Under the pieces are notes generated by a model. It worked only from the letters and a program-made list of their open reading frames with translations. It did not search any database and was not told the DNA's origin. A program made the translations under genes and the position numbers. Positions 1 to 8,208 of a DNA stretch of 64,000 nt are shown here, in pieces. Each line of letters starts with the position of its first letter. Positions within the stretch are counted from its first letter, which is position 1. Origin of the DNA: Sulfurimonadaceae bacterium (GTDB lineage: Bacteria; Campylobacterota; Campylobacteria; Campylobacterales; Sulfurimonadaceae); the NCBI GenBank assembly GCA_041571435.1, contig JBFFUI010000005.1:26214-90213 (forward strand), given 5' to 3'.

Positions 1-403
1 TTGCCGGATCCGGCGGATAGAATAGGCCGACCTCCTCGACCGCTTTTTGGAGGTCCATGTTGATGACACCCGGCTGGACTATGGCGACCATGTTCTCCAT
101 GTCGATCTCAAGGATTTTGTTCATATGTTTTTCAAACGCGAGAACAATGCCCCCCTTGCTTGGAAGCGCACCTCCGGTAAATCCTGAACCTGCTCCGCGG
201 GGAACGATGACAATGCCATGTTCATTACAGTACTTCAGTATGGCGCTGACATCCTCTTCGTTTCTGGGAAAGAGAACGGCGTCAGGTTCAAAGTGTGCGC
301 GTGTTGCATCATAGGAATAGGCAATTAAGTGCGCTTTGTCACTGTAGACATTTTCTTTATCCAGCAGTTTCTCAAAAAAGTAAATATGCGAATGGTCTAA
401 CAT
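1..403 (-). CDS. glcD: FAD-linked glycolate oxidase subunit GlcD (5' part; runs off window start)
   Basis: Manual translation from ATG at 403: MLDHSHIYFFEKLLDKENVYSDKAHLIAYSYDAT...IVPRGAGSGFTGGALP...FYPPDPA, a FAD-binding PCMH motif. Not in the ORF track. Confidence 0.9.
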   Translation of the reverse strand, partial: MLDHSHIYFFEKLLDKENVYSDKAHLIAYSYDATRAHFEPDAVLFPRNEEDVSAILKYCNEHGIVIVPRGAGSGFTGGALPSKGGIVLAFEKHMNKILEIDMENMVAIVQPGVINMDLQKAVEEVGLFYPPDPA

Positions 404-405
404 GG

Positions 406-1212
406 TTACTCCTCAATGTTAAATTTTTTGATCAGATCGTGCGCAGGCGTTTTCATTGCGTTGATATAGTCGTATAACATCTTTGAGTCGCTGTTATGCT
501 CCACTAACAGCTCAAGATAGTGGGGAGCATACGCCTCCAAAGGACGACTGGCTTCTCCCCATACCCACCAGGAGGTGGCGATCTCTTCGACCCGGGAATA
601 AAACGGAAGTTTGATGTTCTTGACCTCCAGTTCGACAGGCGTTAACTGGATAAGGTTAATTGTCTGGCAGTCCAATGTGAAGAGAGCATTGTTGACATAG
701 GTGTACAAAAGCCCTATTTCGGCCAGGGTACAATAACCAGAGATGTCATCTTCCAACGGTGTCGGATGTGCCTGGTACGAGAGATAGGTAGCAAAGTTGT
801 CCGGGTGGACCCATTCAACACCGCGAATTTTCTTGGTGATGATGTGATAGGTCTCTTCATTTGGCGCAAGCAAAAGAGCACGTGAGTACCCAAAAGCGAG
901 AATGACTTCGTCACCAACTTCCGCTTGCCAGTTGCCATTTGGCAGAGAGTTCTGTTTCAGCCCCTCATATTCCGACAGGGCCAATGTGGCAACACCTGAA
1001 GCTTCATCATACGATTCGACAAAAGCGTCCGCAACGATGACACTGTGCTCATTTGTAAAATGGCGGACAACAAAACCATGGACACCTTTAGCGATCGTTT
1101 TGACCTTAACGGTCGCACTTTTGCCATCGTCGCTGACAGATTGAACGGGCATGTGAAGTTCAGCCGCATATATAAAGAGGGGGAAAAGAAAAAACAATAG
1201 AAATTTTTGCAC
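406..1212 (-). CDS. Plasminogen-binding protein PgbA N-terminal domain family protein (exported)
   Basis: Signal peptide; lies between glcD and an M23 peptidase as in Helicobacter/Campylobacter; LAFGYSRALLLAP and HPDNFATYL segments. Confidence 0.7.
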   Translation of the reverse strand: MQKFLLFFLFPLFIYAAELHMPVQSVSDDGKSATVKVKTIAKGVHGFVVRHFTNEHSVIVADAFVESYDEASGVATLALSEYEGLKQNSLPNGNWQAEVGDEVILAFGYSRALLLAPNEETYHIITKKIRGVEWVHPDNFATYLSYQAHPTPLEDDISGYCTLAEIGLLYTYVNNALFTLDCQTINLIQLTPVELEVKNIKLPFYSRVEEIATSWWVWGEASRPLEAYAPHYLELLVEHNSDSKMLYDYINAMKTPAHDLIKKFNIEE

Positions 1213-1438
1213 AAACAGTCCTGATAATTTTATGTATCGGTGAATTATAGCCCAGTTTATCTTTGTCTAGACCAAGATGATCGAGCTACAGAAAAAATTG
1301 AAAAACCATGCGGATAATCTTATGATAGTACCAAGAAAGGGGGAAGGTTAGCTCTTGGTAAGCAAAGTTTCGATACCCTTACAAAAATCTAAGAACAGGG
1401 TCATAATCAAGCCCTGAAGAGTCTTGGAAAGGGTAGGT

Positions 1439-2656
1439 ATGCATCGTCTGTTTCTATTGATCTTGCTCCCTCTTGTTCTGAGCGCTTCGCGTGTAGAATA
1501 TCTACGCTGGGAAAACGGGATGACCTATCTGAGTTTTCTGGCTAAAAATGACCTGCCGTCTCGTCCGCTCTACTGGAACCTTGACAGAGAAGACCGCATC
1601 ATAACCGAAGAGATCTACAGCGGTGTCGGGTATCAGGTGCTGCGCGACGACAATAACATCATTGAGCAGGTACTGATCCCGATCTCTGACGAGCTTCAGC
1701 TTCATATCTACCAAGATAAAAATAAACACTACCTGTTCGAAGCGATCCCTGTTATCTACAAAACGCAACGTATCGCCTTTACAACAACAGTGGAGAGCAA
1801 CCCCTCTGCAGCTATCTACAATGCCACCCACTCCAAGCGGGCGATGAGCGCTTTTATCAGTGGTTTTAAAAAGTCGATCAACTTCGCACTGCATGTTCAA
1901 AAAGGTGACCCTATCGTCATGATTTACGATCAGAAATACCGTTTTGGCAAGCCGTTCTCCATGCCGAGGCTTCAACTGGCAAAGATCCAGCTTAACGGCA
2001 AATGGCATGGTGTGTATCTGGGCCCAAATGAACGCTACTATGACGCCAAAGGCCGTGAAGTCGAAGGGTTCCTGCTGGGTAATCCTGTTATGGGTGCACG
2101 TATTAGTTCAGGTTTTACGCGACGCCGATGGCACCCGGTGCTGAAAAAGTACAGGGCGCATATGGGTATCGATTATGCGGCACGTACGGGTACGTACATC
2201 AGGGCCGCAGGTGCAGGTACGGTCATCGAAATGCGTCGCAGCTCGAGTTATGGTAATTTGACCAAGATCCGTCACAGTGACGGGTATATGACGCTTTATG
2301 CCCATCAACAGAAGTTTCGCAAAGGGATGCGCCGCGGAAAACGTGTCAAAAAAGGTGAAGTGATCGGTTATGTAGGGACAACTGGGCTCTCTTCCGGACC
2401 GCATCTGCACTTTGGACTCTATAAAAACAACCGCCCTATCAATCCGCGCAGTGTGATCCAGGTCACCACCAAAAAGCTTGTTGGAAAACTGAAACAGCAG
2501 TTTAACGATATTGTAAAACGGTATAATGAAGAAGCCGAGACGATCTTGGCAGAGAATCGAAGCGTTGATCCTGTCTGGGACTTTGGTTCTGTCTGTTATG
2601 TGATGCATGACAAGTTTGAAGAAGGAGGAGAGTGTAATGCAACAGTACGAGAATGA
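1439..2656 (+). CDS. M23 family peptidoglycan DD-endopeptidase, Csd3/HdpA-like
   Basis: HMGIDY (HxxxD) and GPHLHF (HxH) zinc motifs; signal peptide from ATG 1439; synteny with pgbA-glcD. Confidence 0.88.
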   Translation: MHRLFLLILLPLVLSASRVEYLRWENGMTYLSFLAKNDLPSRPLYWNLDREDRIITEEIYSGVGYQVLRDDNNIIEQVLIPISDELQLHIYQDKNKHYLFEAIPVIYKTQRIAFTTTVESNPSAAIYNATHSKRAMSAFISGFKKSINFALHVQKGDPIVMIYDQKYRFGKPFSMPRLQLAKIQLNGKWHGVYLGPNERYYDAKGREVEGFLLGNPVMGARISSGFTRRRWHPVLKKYRAHMGIDYAARTGTYIRAAGAGTVIEMRRSSSYGNLTKIRHSDGYMTLYAHQQKFRKGMRRGKRVKKGEVIGYVGTTGLSSGPHLHFGLYKNNRPINPRSVIQVTTKKLVGKLKQQFNDIVKRYNEEAETILAENRSVDPVWDFGSVCYVMHDKFEEGGECNATVRE

Positions 2657-3986
2657 GATGCAGCATGCACTGGAACTCTATTTAAACGGCAAAGAAGAGT
2701 ATGACCTTCACGCGAGTGAGGTTGCCTATCTTCTTAAAAAGATTCGTCGCGAGAGCAAGGAAGAGTTTTTCGATGCCCTCTCACGTATCCCGCAAAGTGC
2801 ACGTGGTGACGTTCTTCTTGAACTCACTGAAAAGCTAAAAGACGAGGCGATCAGCTTCTATTCGACCAAAGAACTGGCGGAAGCTATTGAAGGGCTGGAG
2901 TCGGATGATGCAACGGACCTTGTCCAGGATATTGATGAGTTCGATGAAGAGAAGTCCGATGCTGTTATTGCCCAGCTTGACGATGACGATCGTGAAGAGA
3001 TCGAACACCTGCTCCATTATGAAGAGGATCAAGCCGGTGGCTGGATGCAGACCGAACTTTTTGATGCGACTTTGGATGAAAAGATCCAGAGTGCACGCGA
3101 CCGCCTGAAGGAGATGAAGAGCACCGGAGAGCTTGAAAACGTCCATCAGGTCTTTATTATCAACGAAGAACGTCGTTTGATTGCGACGATTCCGCTTGAG
3201 GATGTGATCCTTTTCGATTTTTCAAAGACATTTCGAGAGCAGATCGAATCCAGAGAGTTCCGTTCGGTCGAGGTTTCGGCCGATATCGAAGATGTTGCGT
3301 CAATGTTTGAGCAGTTTGACCTTTCGGTCTTGCCGGTTGTCGATCGTCAGGGTCATTTGGTCGGACGTATTACCTCCGATGACATCTATGACGTCATCGA
3401 AGAACGTGCGACGGAACAGATCTATAACCTCGCGGGGGTTAACGATGATGTCGAACAGGAAGAGGACCTTCTGGCGATCTTTAAAAAACGTGCTTCATGG
3501 CTCTTTATAAACCTACTTACGGCTATTTTGGCGTCGATCGTCATCGGGCTGTTCGATGCGACTCTGGCCGCCTTTGTATCGCTAGCAATTTTGATGCCGA
3601 TCGTCGCTTCTATGGGTGGCAATGCAGGTACACAGACGCTGACCGTAATGGTGCGTAAGATGGCGTTGGGTGACATTGATGTGGTGAATGCCAAACAGGC
3701 GGTTGTCAAGGAGTTTTTCGTTGCACTGCTCAACGGTCTCATATTTGCTGTTTTGATGGGCACAGTCGCGTATGTATGGTTCGATATCCCTCGACTTGGG
3801 TTGGTCATCGGTTTGGCAATGATCATCAATCTTTTGATCGCAGGCTCATTTGGCGCACTGATCCCTCTGTTGCTGAAACGTATGAACATCGATCCGGCCG
3901 TCGGTTCGACGGTGTTATTGACAACGGCAACAGACGTTTTTGGCTTTTTCAGTTTCCTCGGTCTTGCAACACTCATATTGCTCTAG
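2637..3986 (+). CDS. mgtE: Magnesium transporter MgtE
   Basis: MgtE N domain, CBS pair, MGGNAGTQ and DPAVGSTVLLTTATDV motifs; RBS GGAGAG before ATG 2637. Confidence 0.95.
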   Translation: MQQYENEMQHALELYLNGKEEYDLHASEVAYLLKKIRRESKEEFFDALSRIPQSARGDVLLELTEKLKDEAISFYSTKELAEAIEGLESDDATDLVQDIDEFDEEKSDAVIAQLDDDDREEIEHLLHYEEDQAGGWMQTELFDATLDEKIQSARDRLKEMKSTGELENVHQVFIINEERRLIATIPLEDVILFDFSKTFREQIESREFRSVEVSADIEDVASMFEQFDLSVLPVVDRQGHLVGRITSDDIYDVIEERATEQIYNLAGVNDDVEQEEDLLAIFKKRASWLFINLLTAILASIVIGLFDATLAAFVSLAILMPIVASMGGNAGTQTLTVMVRKMALGDIDVVNAKQAVVKEFFVALLNGLIFAVLMGTVAYVWFDIPRLGLVIGLAMIINLLIAGSFGALIPLLLKRMNIDPAVGSTVLLTTATDVFGFFSFLGLATLILL

Positions 3987-4175
3987 ATAACTGCCGCTCT
4001 GTATCAATCGACACTTCCAGCAGTTAGACCTTGCTATAACCTTTCCTGCGCTCTGCAATCCTTAACACTTTTAACTAAATGATCTTCTTGTCTGAGTCTT
4101 AAATACGGGGTGCTTATACTGTTCTAAGATGTGAAGCTGTCCCTGTGCTATATTGTTGTTATAGAAGGATAGAGA

Positions 4176-4529
4176 ATGAAACGATTAATGGTACTGCTCG
4201 TTGTGTTGTTTGGATTGAATTCGGCACTGGTCGCGCGTAGTGACAATTATGATGCAATGGGATTCAAAGTTTATCTCAAGCACTGTAAAGAATGTCATGG
4301 CAATCCCTATAGAGGCGCGGCCATGCGAAAGAGCCGCGAATGGAAAAAACTTTTTGCCGATGATGCCAATAGATTGATCGCCCTGCATAAAAATAGTCCG
4401 GAAAAAGATGCGGTGTCTGCCCTGATCAAACGCACGAGTAAGACGAAACACCTGCGAAAATTTTTGATGGAGAGTGCTTCTGACTCCGGAATAGTCACGA
4501 GTTGCGACGGAAATTTCTGCGGTCGGTAA
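4176..4529 (+). CDS. Small exported monoheme c-type cytochrome
   Basis: Signal peptide, CKECH heme motif, RBS AAGGA. Confidence 0.8.
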   Translation: MKRLMVLLVVLFGLNSALVARSDNYDAMGFKVYLKHCKECHGNPYRGAAMRKSREWKKLFADDANRLIALHKNSPEKDAVSALIKRTSKTKHLRKFLMESASDSGIVTSCDGNFCGR

Positions 4530-4554
4530 GCGTGCGTTTGGTTATAATCACGAT

Positions 4555-5124
4555 ATGTATAACATCGACAATATAACTTTAGAACCATGCAGTGATTCCG
4601 CTTTTGTGAAGCTGGAGCGGATGCACTATACCCAAGGCGGCGAGAAAAGGAGTTGGGACCTTGCTCAGGTCCATGACAGTGTGGCGGTCCTTATCTATCA
4701 TACGAGCAAAAATGCTTTTGTGATCGTCAAACAGTTCCGGCCGCCGGTCTATCTTAAAAACAGTGACGGATTTACCTTTGAGCTTTGTGCCGGGATCGTC
4801 GACAAGAACCTGTCGCTTGTCGAGATCGCCCAAGAAGAGATAGAAGAAGAGACAGGTTATGCCGTACCTGCAGAGAGAATCGATAAGATCACCTCGTTTT
4901 ATACATCGGTAGGGTTTGCCGGGGCAAAACAGGCGCTCTACTATGTTGAGGTTGATGATGATGACAAGGTGCATGATGGCGGCGGTATTGATGTTGAGGC
5001 CATCGAAGTGGTCTATCTGCCTGTCGATAAAGCTAACAGCTTTATCTTTGACGAAAGTATAGTCAAAACACCGGGCATCATGTTCGCCATGACCTGGTGG
5101 TTCAGTGAGAGAAAACTCTCTTAG
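4555..5124 (+). CDS. NUDIX hydrolase (nucleoside-diphosphate-sugar pyrophosphatase type)
   Basis: Nudix box AGIVDKNLSLVEIAQEEIEEETGY; QFRPP and GGGIDVEAIEV motifs. Confidence 0.9.
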   Translation: MYNIDNITLEPCSDSAFVKLERMHYTQGGEKRSWDLAQVHDSVAVLIYHTSKNAFVIVKQFRPPVYLKNSDGFTFELCAGIVDKNLSLVEIAQEEIEEETGYAVPAERIDKITSFYTSVGFAGAKQALYYVEVDDDDKVHDGGGIDVEAIEVVYLPVDKANSFIFDESIVKTPGIMFAMTWWFSERKLS

Positions 5125-7148
5125 AATTTGTAACTGGCATTGACGTAGTAGTAGCGACCCGGTTCATTCATTAACATCACCTCGTCACCACCCGTAAGCA
5201 GTGTAAGGTCGCTATAAGTATTTGAGACAGCATAGGTGTTGTTCAAGACATTGTCCACACCAACCGTGATCCCGAAACCATATGGCAGTTTGTGGTCTAC
5301 TTTCAGGTTTACGACGCTCCAGGCAGCCAGCTCCTGCTCCCCGTTATCACTGTCATAGTTGCGCCATCTATCGGCGGCAACAAATTCGACAGTCGCCGTA
5401 CTCTCCTGGTAATAGACATAGTTCAGTGTTACGTTACCTTTAAGCGGTGGGATCTCTGCAAGGTCGATGTCGGTCTGACCTGCCAGCGGTGCATCTTTTT
5501 CACCGCGCTGATAGGCGATACCGAAATCGAAAAAGAGGTTGTCAAGCGGATAGTAGCTTCCGGTGATTTCTAAGCCGTAGATGGTGGCATCGATGTTCTG
5601 GAATGCATTTACAGCTTGACCCCCGCCATTGACGTTGCTGGCGTTGAAGTAGATATAGTTTTTCAGCATGCTGTAGAACAGTTTTGTTTTAAGAGAGAAG
5701 CTTTCATACTTGTTCTCCATCCCCAGGTCGACTTCATAGTTTGTTGTCTGATCAAGGTCCGGTGTACCTGCTTCATTCCCCATAAGTCCGTAAAAGTAGA
5801 GCTCTCTTGCATCCGGAACACGAGATGCTTTTCCCATGCCTCCAAAAAAGCCAAGGTTCATTGTCGCCTGGTAGTTTGCAAAGATGTTGGCACTTACAGA
5901 TTGATAGTCATTGTCCGGTTGATCACTTGACGGCGTGATCTTGGTATTGTCATAACGTAAGCCGTACTTGATAGCAAGATCGGATATCTTTTGGTTGAGC
6001 TCGGCAAAGAGAGCAGCATTGACGGTGTCGACATCCGTTATGCTGGTATCGCTCCACATCGGATTGATAGTTGAAGCCGGATCGCCATTTACGGTGTATT
6101 CCCCATCCCAGTTACGTTTACTGCCGTCAAGGCCTAGTTTTAATTCCAGATTATTGCCGATGTCTGTAGTGTTGATGAGTTTAACACCTTGTATATCGGT
6201 CGTCAGTTTACTGACTTTAATACCGCCTTGCGGAAGTGGCAGTGTACTTGACACTCTGTACTCGGTTGTCATCGGATGTTCAACGTCGGAGTAGTAGTAT
6301 TGCAGATCTAACTCTTTGGAGATCATACCGATGTTGCGGATGATATACTCCGCCGTATAGAGGTTCGAGTCATCATAAAGTGCATCCATCTTGCTTGAGG
6401 GGTAGAGGATGTCGTCGCTGCGGTTGGCGGTGTAGCCGAGGCGAAGCTCTTGGTCATCGGTGATGTTGAAAAAGAGTTTACCCATCAAAGTCTTTTTAGT
6501 ATAAGCATCCATATCACTGTATTGGTCCTGGTAGTTGGCACCAGCGGCTGGATTATTCAGATAGTTACTGACCTGCTGGGCAAAATCATTACCGTCTCCA
6601 TCTTTGTACTGACCGCTGGTCTCACCCGACATGCTGAGAAGAAGTTTGAAACGATCCGTCCCGCCTGTGATCGTACCGGCGGCTTTTTGGTAGCCAAAAC
6701 TTCCTGCACCGAAGTTGATGTCACCGTGGATACCCTCTTCAGGTTGTTTAGTCGTGATCTTGACGGCACCGCTTAGCGTGCCGAAATTCTCGACGTCGTA
6801 TGGGCCTTCTGTGATCTCAATACTTTCGATATTGTTCGTCAGGATATGTGAGATCGTCGGATCCATACGGTTCGGGCAGGCACCGTAGATCTTGCCGTCG
6901 TCGATCAGAACGTTAATGTTGTCTTTTTTCTGTCCGCGCAGGATGATATCGTTGGCGATGCCGCTGCGACGTACCAATGAGATCGAGGGTACTTTATGTG
7001 AAAGTGCTTCCGCAGCGTCGGCAGACTTGATCTCTTCACCGCTGACATCTTCAAGTGTCGTACTCTCAACAGAGATCGTTTCCATCTCGACTTCGGCTGC
7101 ACTGAGTACGGCTGCACAGACAAGCGACAGGTATATCATTTTTTTCAT
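5121..7148 (-). CDS. TonB-dependent receptor, OprC/NosA-like copper-binding type
   Basis: Signal peptide from ATG 7148 (RBS GGAG); plug with GACPNRMDP (CxxxM); barrel EHPM (HxM); C-terminal NEPGRYYYVNASYKF. Confidence 0.85.
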   Translation of the reverse strand: MKKMIYLSLVCAAVLSAAEVEMETISVESTTLEDVSGEEIKSADAAEALSHKVPSISLVRRSGIANDIILRGQKKDNINVLIDDGKIYGACPNRMDPTISHILTNNIESIEITEGPYDVENFGTLSGAVKITTKQPEEGIHGDINFGAGSFGYQKAAGTITGGTDRFKLLLSMSGETSGQYKDGDGNDFAQQVSNYLNNPAAGANYQDQYSDMDAYTKKTLMGKLFFNITDDQELRLGYTANRSDDILYPSSKMDALYDDSNLYTAEYIIRNIGMISKELDLQYYYSDVEHPMTTEYRVSSTLPLPQGGIKVSKLTTDIQGVKLINTTDIGNNLELKLGLDGSKRNWDGEYTVNGDPASTINPMWSDTSITDVDTVNAALFAELNQKISDLAIKYGLRYDNTKITPSSDQPDNDYQSVSANIFANYQATMNLGFFGGMGKASRVPDARELYFYGLMGNEAGTPDLDQTTNYEVDLGMENKYESFSLKTKLFYSMLKNYIYFNASNVNGGGQAVNAFQNIDATIYGLEITGSYYPLDNLFFDFGIAYQRGEKDAPLAGQTDIDLAEIPPLKGNVTLNYVYYQESTATVEFVAADRWRNYDSDNGEQELAAWSVVNLKVDHKLPYGFGITVGVDNVLNNTYAVSNTYSDLTLLTGGDEVMLMNEPGRYYYVNASYKF

Positions 7149-7187
7149 TTTCATTCTCCAGACTTTCTCTTCGTATAAGTTGGGCAA

Positions 7188-7218
7188 AGTATAAAAAAAG
7201 AGTGTTACATTAGTGTTA
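7188..7218 (-). promoter_or_regulatory. Putative receptor promoter: TAACACT direct repeat (11-bp period) plus -10 TATACT
   Basis: AGTGTTA at 7201-7207 and 7212-7218 on the + strand; AGTATA at 7188-7193. Confidence 0.5.
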
Positions 7219-7255
7219 AAAAAGGTGTGTAAAGAGAAGGTTGGTGCAGAGTGGC

Positions 7256-7924
7256 TCAATGACATTCGATGAGGTAGCCGATTTTGGAGGATGAGATGAT
7301 ATTCAACTCAGGTAGCTTTTTTCGAATCCGATAGATGAGTTGGCGGAGTGATTCGTCATTGCATACATCGTCTTCCCAGATATGCCGTTTGATTTCATCG
7401 CTGTGCACGACATTGTTACCGTGTTTAAAGAGCAGGGAGACAAGTTTCAACTCGTTTTTACCCAATTTGACAAGGTTGTCGTTGTGTTTGATCGTATTGT
7501 GCTCCGGATTGAAGGTATAGCAGCCTGATCGGTAACTCTCTTTTTCCGTTGGCAACGCACTCCTGATAGATTGCGATGCGAGCAGAATCGCCGCTTCAAT
7601 GTCGGGTTCACTGACGGGTTTGATAAGGTAGCCGAGCGGAGAGACATCCATAGCATCTTGTATGGTCGTGCTGTTTTGATAGGAGGTGATAAAGATCGAG
7701 CGGATGTTGTGATCGCGATAGATTTCCTGAGCACATTGGATCCCATCGAGTCTGCCGTTGATCTCGATATCCATAAGAACAAGGTCTACAGATGTTTTAT
7801 CCAACAGGTCAAAGAGGGGTTGGGCACTGTCAAAGCTGCTAAGAACAGTGTGCCCCAGGTCTTCGAGGGTTTCTGTTAAAAAAAGTGCCGTCAGCGCGTC
7901 ATCTTCTACGATCGCAATATCCAT
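7256..7924 (-). CDS. Two-component response regulator (receiver plus OmpR-type winged helix)
   Basis: IVEDD, LVLMDI and YLIKP receiver motifs; C-terminal SLRQLIYRIRKKL...IGY wHTH. Confidence 0.92.
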   Translation of the reverse strand: MDIAIVEDDALTALFLTETLEDLGHTVLSSFDSAQPLFDLLDKTSVDLVLMDIEINGRLDGIQCAQEIYRDHNIRSIFITSYQNSTTIQDAMDVSPLGYLIKPVSEPDIEAAILLASQSIRSALPTEKESYRSGCYTFNPEHNTIKHNDNLVKLGKNELKLVSLLFKHGNNVVHSDEIKRHIWEDDVCNDESLRQLIYRIRKKLPELNIISSSKIGYLIECH

Positions 7925-8020
7925 CTGAACCTTTACCCTGTGAAATTGCTACTATTATATGGATTCGAGTTAAAAAAAACGCCGCCACAGCATGAAAGAG
8001 ATCGCATTTTGGCCGAAAAT

Positions 8021-8052
8021 GTAACTTTTTTCTCACTTTTTTGATTTACACT
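8021..8052 (+). promoter_or_regulatory. Putative promoter: TAACTTT/TCACTTT repeat (11-bp period) plus -10 TACACT
   Basis: Repeats start at 8022 and 8033; TACACT at 8047-8052; same geometry as the receptor promoter. Confidence 0.4.
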
Positions 8053-8062
8053 TGCATCCAAC

Positions 8063-8189
8063 AGCACCTCTGAAAGCCCTATGTTGTCTACGCCACTGAA
8101 TGAAAGCGTAAGAGTGTATCAACGCAATATGCCTAATCATGTTGCGTTGACATATAAACGAAACATAGCATAGGGTGTTCAGAGGTGCT
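8063..8189 (+). ncRNA. Candidate structured leader RNA (three-way junction), family unknown
   Basis: Closing stem 8063-8087/8165-8189 (24 of 25 positions paired, including 3 G-U); hairpins 8089-8110 and 8119-8150 (13 bp); directly upstream of the RBS. Confidence 0.6.
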
Positions 8190-8208
8190 AAAAAATCAAG
8201 GAGTAAAG

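Noticed and set aside
8084-8165. Canonical type III hammerhead ribozyme in the leader RNA
   Set aside because: GUC and CGAAAC are suitably placed, but the junction between the two hairpins is AGAG rather than CUGAnGA. The only similar sequence (CUGAAUGA) lies in a loop. Kept only as a hypothesis to test.
8063-8189. Retron msr-msd interpretation of the inverted-repeat-bounded RNA
   Set aside because: No reverse transcriptase gene in the window
8035-8204. Anti-Shine-Dalgarno pairing of TTTTTTGATTT (8037-8047) with AAATCAAGGAG
   Set aside because: The 5' strand overlaps the predicted promoter (-10 at 8047-8052) and is probably not transcribed
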